DNA of 64,000 nt from Chlorokybus atmophyticus (GCA_009103225.1 RHPI01001517.1:12505-76504), one strand, 5' to 3'. Shown: positions 50,960 to 64,000, numbered from the stretch's first letter. The notes: generated by a model not told the origin, from the letters alone. Numbers and translations are program-made.

Positions 50960-53900
50960 TCATTGCTGCGACTGTCTTTGTTCAAGCTGCTTGAGAAACA
51001 CGTCAGCAACCGTAGGCTCTATCTCCCGCGCCTTGAGTAACACATGCTTTGCGTCTTCGTATTCATGCAACTGGCTGTGTATGCTGCAGATACAACATCG
51101 CGTAAACAGCAGCAAGAGCTTGCGCGAAACGGGCTCCAGCATGGTTCATAAATGTAATACGAGAGAAGCTCAAACAACCGACACAAGGCCATACCTAGCA
51201 AGGGAGAACAAGATGCGTGCATCAGCCGGTCGCAATCTCGCCGCTTCTTCCAACAGCCCCTTTGCTGGTGCGTGGTCACCCTGCCAAAGCGTGACCCACC
51301 TCAAGGACCACACAACACCACTACCATCACCACCCACCTCACCAACAATGCGCACACATCCAACATACAGACAACATCACACTCTCACCGCTTGTGCATG
51401 TGCCACAGCAGCCCGATGCATTACGCTCGCCTTCCTCTCCCTCCCCTCCTCGTCCTCATCTCCCATCCCCGCAGCGGCCGCCGCCAGCAGGCGCGCGCCC
51501 TCCCCGCGCTCCCCGCGCCGCACGAGCAGCAAACCCAACGCGTAGCGCGCGGACACGTGGTTCGCGTCCATCGCCAACACGCGGGTCAACACGGCCTCCG
51601 CTTCTACAAACTCACCTGCAGCCTGCTTGGCTGCCGCCAGCTGGCAGCAAACAGCATTAGACAACAATGCAAGAAGCTTACATGTGGTATTGTTGTGTCA
51701 GGAGGTAACTAGATTCCAATCAGAGTCTTACTTGGAGTAACTCTGCAATCTGAGGTGTTTCTTGTCTCAGCGCTTGCGCGATGGTTCTCAGCTTATTACG
51801 CTTGTCTGCGCTGAGCACATCCTCTTTGCTCCTAATCAAATTACTACTCTCTGCTGATGGTGATGATGCTGTCTTTCTCAGCGGTGGCAAGCAAGCCAGC
51901 TGGCGTACGCTCGGGACACGCAGCGCGAGGGTCTACACAATGCATGATGTATGTCACAACCTAACATTAAGTACACATACATTGTGATGCATGAGAGATG
52001 ACGAGATTGCGTGTGCATGTTATGGTACTTGTGTGAGGGAGAGGGCGTTGTGCGAGGCCCAATACAGCAACACGCCCTGCGGGAGTGCCGTTCCCGCACA
52101 GAATATTGGCACCGAGAGCGCTTGCAGCCCGCGCTTATACACCTACGCACATACGTTGGTTTCACAAGTACAACGTTGTACCCGCACACAGTATGTGCAC
52201 ACCAAGTGTGATTGGATGTCACACATATGCACCTTCTGCACGATCCACGCAAGTGTCTTGGTTTTGGCTGGGCTCTTGCCAAACAACAGGTTTGTGTTAG
52301 TCAAGAATAGCGTGCACACGACGCCCGGGAGGATCAAAGCTGTCACGCCGAAAGCCGGCATCGAGAGGTCGCGGAACCACAACACGCCCTCCTGATTGCA
52401 TGTTGGCATGTGTTGAACCATTATTGCTGAACCATGTTGGGAAAGCTATGACGTAGAGAACATGGGACTGTTTGGCTTACTGTTGCAAACCCTGGAGCGT
52501 CAATGGCGGCGAGATGACGCACGGCCAACGTGCCCAACACCAACACTGGAACCTGCATTGCACCACACATCCACACACAACACACGTCTGTCTCAACATG
52601 CCCACATAATCTTTGTACATGGCGCGTGCGCCCGCATACATAGTGTTTCATTATACACACAGTTTGTTTAGAGATACACGTCACCTGTGCGAGAAACCCA
52701 ACAGTCCAGAGGGGGTGAGCCCCATGTCTCTTGTGTTTATGTTGCTTGCGTGCGATTGTATATGCTTGGCGCAGGGCCGCGGACGTGGCGAGGGTCGGGT
52801 TGGCGGCACGTGCTGTTGATGATATTATAGGGTGAAGTTGTGTCAAGGCGAACACAAAGAGTTTATGTTGTTTCACTCCATGTCTTGCCTTGTGTGATGG
52901 CGGAGAAGATGCCGTCTGTTGCACGCAGCTGGCGCAGAGTTATTGGCAACAGAGCCGCGCGGATTGCAGCAGCTGAGACAGGGATGAAAGCCCACCTGTG
53001 CGCAAATATAACCATGGGTTATATCTACCTGCATCTTACCAGCTTGGCATGCGGTTGTGCACATGTGTCTGCACAGAATGTGCATGCACACGCATAGGTA
53101 CGACACGTGCATGTGAGCGAGTCAATAGATGCGCGTGTGCGAGTCTGACTGCAAACATACATGCACGGACAAAGGTCAACCGCATGTCTGTGATTGTGGA
53201 TGTAAGTGTGCATGTCTTGTCAGCAAACACATACCCACACAGACAACATGTGCACGTGACTATGCAATTGCACACATACACACATACCGCCTAAGCGCAT
53301 AGGGTGTTTGAGTACATATGTGTATGTACAAAGAATCCCTTGCCCCCCCTCCCCACCATCACCACACGTGCACACGCATGCGCAATATGCCTATGTAGAT
53401 GTGTTGCGCACATTGACTTACGCACCCGCACTTACTCGCATTCACGCAGACGCAGTTGTGGGTGTACATAGTCGTGCGTATCTAATTATTATTATATGCA
53501 GTCCACCACAACCACTTGCGCATTGCGTGCGCATGCGCGCGTGATTGTGGTCAGTGAGTGTGCGTGTCTGTATGCAAACACACACGCATGCACAGACAAT
53601 GCACTTACCAACGCGCATATGCATGCATATGAATTCGTGTATAGGGGGCACACAGAAGTATATACACCCAATGAAATCACTACGCAGCTCGTCATAGCCA
53701 TGCAGAAGTGCACCCCACTTCAAACCCACTTCAATCCCCACTTCAATCCCCGAGCAGCAGCCTGCAGCCCATCTACACAATTACAGCAAGCAACAACACG
53801 AACAACAACGTACTTACCAGGGCAGGCCTGAGGCAGCGTGGAGGGTTTGCAACCCGGCGGCCGCCGCCTCCACAGCGCCGTGGTACCGCCTGTGCCAGGG

Positions 53901-54074
53901 GCTAAGAGTAGCAGAGTGCACAGGGAGCCGCCCTGCTAAAAGTGGCGATGACAACGACGACGACGACAACGACGGCTGCGACGACGATGAGCCCCTCACT
54001 GCCACCGCCCGCAGCCTGCTCACCGCCGCCGCCGCCCCCCGCATGGAAGCACACTGTGTGGGCGTCCGTCTCAT
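50960..54074 (-). CDS. OXA2: YidC/Oxa1/COX18 family mitochondrial insertase with C-terminal TPR repeats (OXA2-like), multi-exon
   Basis: Transit-peptide-like N-terminus. Insertase segments GLQTLHAASGLPW, AAIRAALLPITLRQLR and QEGVLWFRDLS...LILPGVVCTLFLTN. TPR-like helices EAEAVLTRVLAMDANHVSARYALG, AKGLLEEAARLRPADARILFSLAR and YEDAKHVLLKAREIEP. Confidence 0.78.
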
Positions 54075-54721
54075 GCCTTGGCGATTTTAGGACCATCGCT
54101 TGGCATCGTGCCCTCGGCACTGAGAGGCGCTAAAGGGAACCCCCCTCCCTCCCCCTCTAGGAGCAAACTCAAGTGTCTGATGGCCCGCTTGTTCATCAGG
54201 GGGAGTGTTAAAGGCGGTGTGAGCACAGTAAACTGCATCAGCAGCACCGCCATGAGCAGTGGTTGCAGTGCTACGCGTGGCAAGCTTACACCTCCTTAGT
54301 AGGTGTTGAGCACCATGGTTGGTGGGTGTCGTTGGTTTGAGCAGCTATTGCAAGGTATAATACAATGGGGCACACAATGCCTTGTGTTCGTAGGTCTGGT
54401 GGGGACGGTTGACCAACATGTGCGGCATGGCTTACAGCATCGACATCTTGTGCGTGTCCACAACAGCGCGCAAACCAACTTGATACAAGCTGTGGACTTG
54501 TTGTTAAGACCATAAGGGTAATCTTACGCTCCAACACCCGCCGCTAGATATGACGTTTAAGGGTCAATTCCCCGTATCGTGTCATCACGCCTCTACACTG
54601 AACCACCTACACAAGCAAGCCAATCCGCACACACATTATACAAGGAAGGACATATTGCAACACTCCAACCATACGTGCCAGCATGTTTTGGCCAAAAACT
54701 CCCATGTCCCTCATCAGACCG

Positions 54722-57700
54722 CTATCGTTCATATGGCACTGCCCTCCAGTCGATATCGGAACTGTGGGATTGATACACCGTGTGAGGTAAGATATCAGCC
54801 TCGCCCTCCCATTCTTCCGAGGACTGCTGCGCAATAGGGTGCGAAGCAAGGCCCCTGGCATCGATATCGATGTCATCACCATCATTATCACCATCAATAT
54901 CATCACCGTCACCACTACGCTCGTGGTCGATACCAGGGATGTAGTAGGAGGAGATGGGGTCATTTTCCTCTTCCTCTTCTTCATCATCGTGGATATCCTC
55001 CTCCGCGTGGGTCAAGAGCGTGGCGGGTGCGCGCAGCGATATCGGTGGGAGGGTGACGTGCGTGAGTGTGTGTGCATTGCCATTGTGTGTATGTGTGTGT
55101 GTGTCTTTGTTGTCGTCGGGTTGAGAGCAGTCGCAGCCTTGCAACGCGTGGAGCCGACGTGTTCGCGCAAGAATCCGCACAGCATTACGCGTCTTTCTCC
55201 ACAGTCGTTTGCCGGGACGCTTAAGCGCGTTGACGTAGTCGTGCTCCCATTTGGTTGTGAGTCGCGAGGTGGAGGACACGTGTGGGGGTGCGTACGTGAT
55301 GCGCGGGTCATTGCGCGGCTCGTCGTGTGGGACGTTCAGCTCCGATACAGTGTCCCGTGCGGATATGAGCAAAGGTGTCGGTGGAGATATCGGCGGGCTC
55401 TCGTCGATGTTGGTGAACTGCGTGTCAAAATCGGTCCGTATCCGACCGCTGAGCACCATCGACACGAAGTCCTCCTCCTCCACAGGTGTTGTTGTCAAAG
55501 GTGATGTTGTTGGGGGAGAGGAGGAGTTGTTGTTGGTTGTTGGCTCGGGGATCTCGGTGCCTCGGTGTGGTTGTTCTCTTGGCGCGGCGGGACTGTGGTT
55601 ATACAACATGAGAAACTTGCAACTTTCGGGCAGCGAGTCCACGCTGGCATGAGTGGATGACGCGGCTGTGGATAAGGAGGGTATAGATATCGACTGCAGG
55701 TGGAAGCTCGCACGGGAACGGTAGCCTTTTCTGCTCTGCCGCTCCTCTCGATAGGCTTTCTGTACAATCGTGGAGGCTTCCTTCCACAAACTCTCCTCAG
55801 TCAACTGCAGCTCGCTGATCAGATCTGCAGACACAAACCACAACCCAACATGTCGGCATGTGTGAATGTGTACACGCGTGCTCTCCACCACCGCAATACC
55901 CACCAGCGCCAGAATCCAACACATGTGCTGATATACCATTGCATGCAAAAAGTCCAATGCGTGGCACTGATGACAACAACAACAAAAAAAAAAACTGTAG
56001 CGTCAAGTACCCGCCGCGCTGGCATCCGAGGACCTTTGCTCCCTTCCCGCTAAGAACGAGACCAGGCCTTTCCCTGACAGCGGCTGTCCCGGCAACAGCG
56101 CGTGGTTCGTGCTGCGGCGGGGCTTCAACACGCCGGGCAGGATGCGCTGCGCAACAAGTGTACGTGTTATGACGGAAACCTTTGTGGCAGGTTGTGTTCA
56201 ATTGCATGGTTGATATTGTGGCATTTGCGCCCTCACATGAGTCCGCTCGAGGTCGAGCAGCGTGCGTACGGCGAAAGTGGCAATGTCGCCGTCTCCTGCC
56301 TGCACCCACGAGTCCACCACCAACGTGCCCGGCAGCAGGCCCATCGCCCTCCTCTGCCTGCACAACCATCATCACCATCACCGTCAGCACACCACCATCC
56401 TCATCCTCATCATCATGTGTATGACGATCAGACGTTGTACTGACCTGCGGTAAGGTGTGCCGGAGCCGGTGTCGAGTGGTATGTCTTTGCGTTCGCCAAA
56501 GAGTCTGCGAGGCCACGGCACTGCGAGTCTGTCTTCCAGAGACGAAGTGCGTCGCTCCAGTATCCGCCGCATGTACTCGCTCTAAGACGAGGAACACAAA
56601 CAGTTGTCAGCACTAAGCGTGTCACAACACCCACACACACATGACACATCGAGTGCATGCACACACATTTGCGTATGCAAACACACATGCACCAGCACGT
56701 GCAGATGCACACGCGCGCGTGCACACACACATGTGTGTGATCTAACCAGGCTGGCGGGCTTAAGGTAAGCATATTTGTTCATATTTGTTTGCTGCTTGAT
56801 TGCAGTCATGCAACCGTACCTGGCGAGCCACGGTTGTGACCAACACTAGAAGCGCCTCCGCAAACTCCTCTCTGTACGGGTGATCCACATCGGACAAGAT
56901 GGTCTGCCCCATCTTCAACCCCTGCATGAGTATGGTAGTTTATTCAGTCACCAACCCTAACCCCAACACCAACACCACCACCAAAACCAAAACCACCACC
57001 ACCAACAACAACAACAACAACAACAATAGATGATGACTCACGATAACGACTCACCCTTGCAACCGGGTGGTGGGCGACGAGAGCGGGGTCGATGGGAAGC
57101 AGGTCTGAGCTGTCGCTGTTGTTGGCGAGGAGTGCGGCGGCGATCCTTGTGTTGTCGCGGATGCGCGAGTGCTGCTCCGCAAAGGAGGCGGGGAACTGGT
57201 TCAGGGGGACAGCAGGGAGCATGTTGACCTGTGTGCATTGATCGCAGTATTGATTGCTCGTTGCAACTGTAGAGCTTGATGAGACACTGAGACTTAGCAC
57301 GCAACCACACATACATGCACGCTCGCACACACACACACGCAGGAAGCCATCATTGTTGGCATATACAGGAGAACGCCACGCACAAGCGAATAAGAACACA
57401 CGCACGCACGCACGCACGCACATGCACGCATACGGGCGTCTGCGTGCATACGCGCGCACGCACATACAGACATTGATTACGAAAAGAATGCATGTCGGCT
57501 AACCACATGTTTTTCAAGCGTACTTTTGACTTGGTGGAGTCACATCAGCAGACAGACAGACAGACAGACAGAGAGTCAAATTGCCTCAGCAACGGTGTTC
57601 GCCCAAACACCAGTCCAGTTGTTCAGTTGTTCGGTTGTTTAATACAACTTCAGCCCCGCGAACAACAACTGACTAGATGATCATGTAAGTAGTCAACAAG

Positions 57701-57798
57701 AAGGCGAAACATACCTGTACAGTGGCATCGAAGAGGAGGAAGTAGCGCGTGACGAGCCATGACCAGAGTTCTGCGGGACTCCAAACAATGCCGACCAT
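54722..57798 (-). CDS. Uncharacterised multi-exon protein with long low-complexity/acidic C-terminus
   Basis: Chain of in-frame exons with GT-AG signals: MVGIVWSPAELWSWLVTRYFLLFDATVQ, VNMLPAVPLNQFP..., GLKMGQTILSDVDHPYREEFAEALL, EYMRRILERR...DTGSGTPYR, AMGLLPGTLVVDSWVQAGDGDIATF, RILPGVLKPRR, then a ~370-codon last exon. Family not recognised. Confidence 0.65.
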
Positions 57799-58871
57799 AT
57801 ATAGGTCTAAGTTAGCTACAAATTGTCGGTGGTGGTGATAATGATGACACTAGTTCCCTGCTCGCTGCGAAACTACGCGCCCACATGCCAGCTGTCACTC
57901 CCTCTTCAACTGGCAACCTCCTCTTCCTCTTCCTTCTCTTTACTAAAGAAAAGCACCACATCTCATAACAACCCAACTCTAATCTACTACTTCATTGCTT
58001 CAATCTCTCTCACAGCCTTATCACCATCGGTTCAGCTTCCAGTCCCGGTCACTTGATCCACACTCTCCTTGGGAGCCCTAACTGGTAGCTTTACACCATC
58101 GACCAGCGCTATCAACAAATGATATAGACACCAGAGCAGACGAGGTTGACTCAGAAGCCGGCAATCCGCTGTTATTGTGTGTCTTGTCCCCTGTATGAGC
58201 AAGATCTGGGTGACTGGAAAGCACAATCTAGGTCAGCAATTGCAATGTTGAATAATTGAACCTTCGACTTCCACAAGGAATGGGTACTAACTTTTTCCAA
58301 TAGCTGTCAGCTAGAAGCTATGAAACAACTGGACAGATATCATAGACAAGAGCAGAAGACTTCTAAGCTGAAACCCTAGTAGGACAGCCTGTGACAGCTC
58401 TTCCCCTCAAAGCAACAAGATGGTATATTGAGCAGTACAGTTATGAGCCTACGCACTACGGGCGCAAGCAAGCCAACATCAGATCTGAATCCGGATTACC
58501 TATGCCAAAGCAGGAGACAACATCGCAGCACATCATCCGCAACAAAGGACTCCTCCTCCAGCCTGTCGCAACCTGGCAGTGTCTCACCTGATGGTGAGCT
58601 ATGCAGCGGCGGCTAAGCCAGCGCTTCCCTTCCTTGTATGACTAATGTTTCAAACCGCATTAAGGCAGCCCCACCTCCTCCTCTTCCTCCTCCGCGTCGT
58701 CCTCCACGTATCCCTCGTCCTGCACCCGGCGCCCCCGCCGCCGCCGCCTGCTGCGCCTGCCTGGCAACCGTGGCGCTGCCAAACTGCCTGGCGACCCGTT
58801 TTTTTCTCATGAGTTACGGAGTTAACCTAATTCTTGGCCTAAAATTGGCTTTGGTTTGGGCTTGCGGGAAC

Positions 58872-60922
58872 ATGTCACAATATGCGCCACGTGACGTCCG
58901 AGATTTCCCGGGTTATTACGATCTGACTGGATGTAGGTATTGCAAGGCTCAGGCAGGAAGGTAAGTTGCTTGTATTTCACCATGTAAACTACCTGGTGTC
59001 TGTACATCTTTCATGATAACCATAGCCCCTCAGGTGGGCTACGATTGCGCGTGTCACTTGTTAATAAACAAACATGCTGATGGTGTGATTTTGATGTCGT
59101 TCAACATTACACATACATTAATCTTGTAGATTTAATGATATTGATATATTTAAACAACAACAGCGATTGAGTTAATTGTACAATTGTTCATGCATGTCGT
59201 AGTACACGGAAAAACACGAGGTCAATTATATTTGACCTCGTATTAAAAAGTGCATAATTGACATCTACATAAGATATGTACTGTGGTTGTGGTGGCATGG
59301 TTTTTTAAGCAAACTCTGTCAAAAAGTTAATGCTTTATTAAAACATATGATTAACAGAGGCGGGTGATCTTTGTATACATCAATCCCAACAGCAAAATGT
59401 ATGCATCTTCATTTCAACCAATTTGGGTACACGGATGCATTTTCGCGTGCAATTCCGGCAGCAAGACCTTGTGAACGAAATATGACAAAATATAGTTTCG
59501 TATGTAATTGATACATCAATGTTTTACAAACAGTAATGTATTTAGGAGACCCAACAAAGGCCAGAGCACATCACACAATGTGTCATTGTAAAGTCCAATA
59601 ATGTTTGAGTCAGTAAAAAATGAGATTATGTACAATGTAGCGCAGCAAGTAGACACTCTCAAAATTGTATAACATCTCAATGTGCTAAGCACCACACCCT
59701 TAGTCAGGTTTACACAATTAATTTAAGCATGGCGTGCATGTATGATGTATGTGATTATGGGAAATACATGAGACATGTGCTTTTGCCTATGGTTGCGACT
59801 TATGCTACCTGGTGTAGTAGTTCAGATGCCACATTATTGTGGTGTTTTTTATGTGCGTTTATGCAGACACTTTCATTGTAAACCTCTCACAGCCATAGCC
59901 ACTTATTAAGCTAATAGCAAAGCGTAATATTCAGTGTCTGTGAAGTACTCACGTTGCAAAAATCTCGCATGCATCATAAACGCGCATGTTTGCAAACATG
60001 GAAATTTGGCACAATAATGTGGTCAGCACCCTTCATGAGTTAAGCCAGATTGCGTGCAGCCGACACACGAGGCGAACGTGCAAGCGCCCTCGTATTGTCT
60101 CATGTGTTTAATGAACACCAGTTGTATTCCTGCGCCTGCCTGCTTCGCTGCTGCTGGGCTTACATTGTGTGTTAGTGTTTGCAAGTTACAGTTCTCAGGG
60201 GCCTGGGCCAGCCCGTTGCTCTTGTTGCTGTTGTCGTCAACTTTGCTCTCAATCACTCCCATTGTGTGCTGTGCCTGGCTTGGTGTATTGCTGCCTGTTT
60301 GCTTGCAAGCGTGTACACTACTGCGTTGGTGCCTACATATGGTACATGCGGCGCGTCTACAAAATGCTGTATTTTTGCATATGTACAGGACACCAGGGAC
60401 TGCCTACGAAGTGTCGTACAAACGCTTATACAGCCTTGTGGCGCAGAGATGCTCAACGACCAACAACAGGTAAGTGGGATAAGTGGCGGTGGGGGGAGAA
60501 GTGCAACTGCCCCTACATAATATGTGTGGTATGATGATATTGTGGTTGCTGTGCTGCTAGCGTATGCTGCTCGGTTCTACTTATGTGCTGCTGCTGCAAG
60601 TGCTTGTGCTTTGGCTCATGTTCTGCTACACGCGTAATTCTACTGCTACTGCTAATGTTGCGTTGCTAAGCATATAGCCGTTGGGGTTGAGCTGCAGAAC
60701 GAAGTCGGCGTGGCTCAGTTTGCCTGCAGGCATTGCTGCGTCCTGTGTGGCTCTGCGGACGGGTTTACACCAGCAGCAGCAGACCTATCCTGTAAAGACT
60801 GGCGGCGGGCAAAGCACAAGCACTTGCAACTGCACAGCACTGCACACTTCACCCACTCCACATCCCTCTCGCCCTGCCTTGCTGCTGCGCATGCGGTGCT
60901 GTTGCTGGTCGACCTACTCTGA
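58872..60922 (+). other. Possible spliced plus-strand transcript of unknown coding status
   Basis: ATG at 58872 (MSQYAPRDVRDFPGYY). Consensus donors AG|GTAAGT at 58961 and 60470. No recognisable protein. Confidence 0.2.
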
Positions 60923-61493
60923 CCATCAGCACCTGTTGCTACAGATTGGTTGGTGTGCTTGCTGCCTTGCCCTGCTGCTCTGCCCTGCCCTGCGCTGCCC
61001 ACCGCCTCACTTGCACGCACGCACTTAGCTAAACATATATTTAGTGTGTATGCCCTATCTTTGCTTGCGTTGCTGTGCCTCACGCTTGCTTGTTCCAATT
61101 GCATCTGCTACTCATATCAGCCTATATGCTTGCTACTCACCGCTTGATTTGCGTGTTGCATTGACTATGTGCTGGGCCAGTTGAACGTGACGTGCCGGCG
61201 CGCTGAACCATAGAACAAGATATAAGATTTGAAAGACCACTCGACATGAACGATTGCCCTTGTCAACAACTTTCTTGCGGTGGCATTGCTTGGTAGCTTA
61301 GACGCCGCTTGCTTGTTTGCTGCCTCCCCTTGCTAAGCGTGCTGCTGAAGGGCCAAGCGCACTGCTACCTGCTTTCCAATAAGTGGCAGCTGCGGCACCC
61401 ATGCCGTCCAAACTGAACTTGCAATGCACTGTACAGACACGTGTCGGTGAAGAAGATAGTAGCTAAAGCAGTGTATCAAAATGCAAAATGCTT

Positions 61494-64000
61494 TCATGAA
61501 TGGCCTTCACCCTTGTCGCTGCTTTCACAGGTATCGCTGATGATCGCGCACAACACATCATACACACACCAAGGGAAGCTTAACAGTGGTCTCTTAACTT
61601 GGCCCTTCTTGTTCTTGATTGTGGTTTGCATGGCGCTCTTGTATGCTGCCACGTACCACGCCGACGCCTTGGCCTTGACGGCCTCTGCGAAGGGCGCATT
61701 TGCGTACCATGGGTCATCTTTGAGGCCCTCCGCAAACTTGTTGCGAAGGTCGCGCCGCAACTCTGCAACCTGAAGCTTAACTCTTTCCTTCACCTATCGA
61801 ATATCAGGCAAGCATGATAAGCCTACAACCTTTGGGTAGTTAAACTGATCCAATAATTGTTGGTCATGTCACTCGCATCTCCCCCAACGCCACGTACCTC
61901 TCCGAGTTTTCTACGATAGTAGTGCGACAGTTGCAGGATATGACCACTCAGGATCTCCCCCTCCAACTTGATGCCGTAGTGCTTCATGATGCCCTTCAAC
62001 TGCGAGAGGCACACTTAAGTTGAAGTTCTATGTCAGAGCAGATGCACATTGGTAGCAACAATTTATATACTGCATGGAGGATTAGTGGAGATAGAGACAT
62101 GTGCTATGCTGGTCAAGTACAGGACGATCAAAGTGAGGTATGGACTGTGCTCGTACCCGGTTGTTGTAATGCTTCAAAAGCTTGTTTGCTTCCTCCAGGT
62201 ACTCTTGATACCCTGGCACTACCAACGTGGAGTCCACAACGATTTCCTGCAAAGCAATGCAATACAGCAAGGAAGGCTGTGCATCAGAGGGCTGTAAAAT
62301 GCATGCAGTGCCGCGCTGTTCTCTATGTGTACAGATATAAGATACTACCAACGAAGTTACATGTTTCGTCAGTGTGTTCGGCCATGCACACAGTAGATGC
62401 ACTCCACTCCTCACCTTTGTCGTGTCTTCCGCCGCAGTGGTGGCTTCTTCTTCCTTCGCTCTGGGTTCCCTCCAGAGTGTGCCAATGACGGTCTTAGACA
62501 CGTAGGTAGGCTTGTCATCTTTCTGCATCCAATCCGGGAACTTTTTTGCTCTCAGATGTGGCGGCAAGGTGACTATTTCTCCGCTTTTGACGGAGTCCAC
62601 GGCAGCGGAGTGCAGCTGAGCCAGCTGCATGCATTCAAAGTCAAATGCTCTGTCTGGCCGTCGGTCGGCAAGAGCCTGCCACAACACATTCACGTAAACA
62701 AGTGCAGCTATTCAAATGGACACGCACTTGTAGTGGGCAGCGTTGCAGGCAGGAACACAAAAGGTATGCTCACGACCTACCAGCCAGGAGTTGGCAATGC
62801 TTCCCAGGTTATCGTGGGTCATAAAGTTGACGAAGAATTCTGCAACGTGAGCTATGGTCACCTCGCCAACAACCTCTGTAGGTGGCTTGTGTTGGTAGTC
62901 CAGCGTTGCAGTGTTCCTGGAAGTAAGATCCGTTACAAAAGGCTATTGCGACAGCATGTAGTGTTCATACCGCAATGCCGGCATGAGGCGCGAGTCCCAC
63001 AAGCACATGTACAGATCCCCATCAAGGTCACCTACACGCATGCGTATGTGAGCGCTCTATTCTCCATCAAGTTGAGTGCAATTTTTCTCACCTCCAGCCA
63101 TCTCAGTGAACTTCGGGCGATCACCATGCACGGAGAAGACAACAATGTTGCACAACTCTGCTTGGCGCAGCACCGGGTGGTCTACCGCTGTCAACACGCG
63201 CACATCACCTGCATGTGGATGAGGTTGCTTGCATGACGGGTGGCTGTGAGGACCAGATATGACATACCAATGCACGGTACCTGGATGCACGCAGGGGTTG
63301 CGCGTGACAATAACATCTCCTTGCACAGGCGCCACGGTTACGTCTGCATCTGGATTGAAGGGCTGAAGAAACACTTCACCCGGCTGCAGCACGCCGTACT
63401 CATCGGCAACACCCATCAACAGCACGCCATTGGGCACCAGTATGCGCGACTTGAGCTGCAGCTCCTTCAGCTGCGAAGCTCTAAAGGCTTGCAACATGGC
63501 TTGCAAGAGGGGCTCATGAAGGCCCGCACCTGCTGCAAGCATGGCTTCCGCCACTGCCATGGCGCCGCTACCCACACCGGAAGTACTCAGCAGCTTTCTG
63601 CACTTGTGTCGGTCTTTCAGTGCCAGCTCAAGCTTGCATACCATGTCGCGTTGCAAGTCAATAAAGACATTGTCTTCGACGCCAAGTGTCTTGAGCAGAG
63701 TGATCACCTGCGTGCGTTGTAATGCATCAGCACTAGCAAAGCGCTACAAAAGCCCAACATTGCTCATGCGTGATACTCGCCTGTCGATTCAAGTAAGCCG
63801 GTATCCAGCGCGCTGCGCCGATGAGTTCAAAGTCGGTGTGTTGGCAATCAAATTTCTGCATGCTCTGACGCAACAACAGCTGCTTCGGGCAACCGGTTGT
63901 CAATGTCACAACGCCTTTGTACCCGCCGAAGCGGATCTGCAACGCGGATGGCTTTCCAGACAAGAGGCGCGGATCCTTCCTTGAGACTGCCTCCCTCAAG
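61494..64000 (-). CDS. RDR: Eukaryotic RNA-dependent RNA polymerase, RDR-alpha (RDR1/2/6-type), 5'-truncated by the window edge
   Basis: SALQIRFGGYKGV, LRQSMQKF, AYLNRQ|VITLL, LMGVADEYGVLQPGEVF, VIVTRNPCVHPGDVR, spliced catalytic MAG|GDLDGDLY, NDLG-type DNLGSIAN, KKFPDWMQK and KASAWY...LLSFPWCVYDVL. TGA at 61494-61496. Confidence 0.95.

Overview
This is intron-rich eukaryotic nuclear DNA. The gene set (GRDP, BASS4-like transporter, shugoshin, OXA2-type insertase with TPR, RDR-alpha) points to the green-plant lineage, probably a streptophyte-type green alga; that placement is inference only. From 1 to 7.5 kb lies a decayed transposon zone: two Ty3/Gypsy pol remnants, a PHD-finger fragment, tandem repeats and a TRIM-like LTR pair. 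From 9 to 29.4 kb are five host genes: GRDP-like (+), BASS4/SBF-like transporter (-), shugoshin-like (+), LRP1/SHI-type zinc-finger protein (-) and a PLAAT/LRAT-like acyltransferase (-). From 30.4 to 43.9 kb is the most unusual part, a local triplication of a divergent MORC (GHKL+S5) ATPase gene. Copy A (+) faces copies B and C (-). All three carry disabling lesions, share an unrecognised N-terminal exon module, and have rearranged upstream regions: a palindromic 30-bp repeat array in B and a ~366-bp (TC)n tract in C. A near-perfect 23-bp hairpin follows at 44.3 kb. From 45.9 to 64 kb are AFG1/LACE1 ATPase (-), OXA/COX18-TPR (-), an uncharacterised protein (-) and the 3' part of an RNA-dependent RNA polymerase (-). 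I found no tRNA, rRNA or CRISPR array. Gene models were assembled by eye from peptide similarity and splice signals, so internal exon boundaries and some start codons are approximate. No database search was run; all family assignments rest on recalled motifs.
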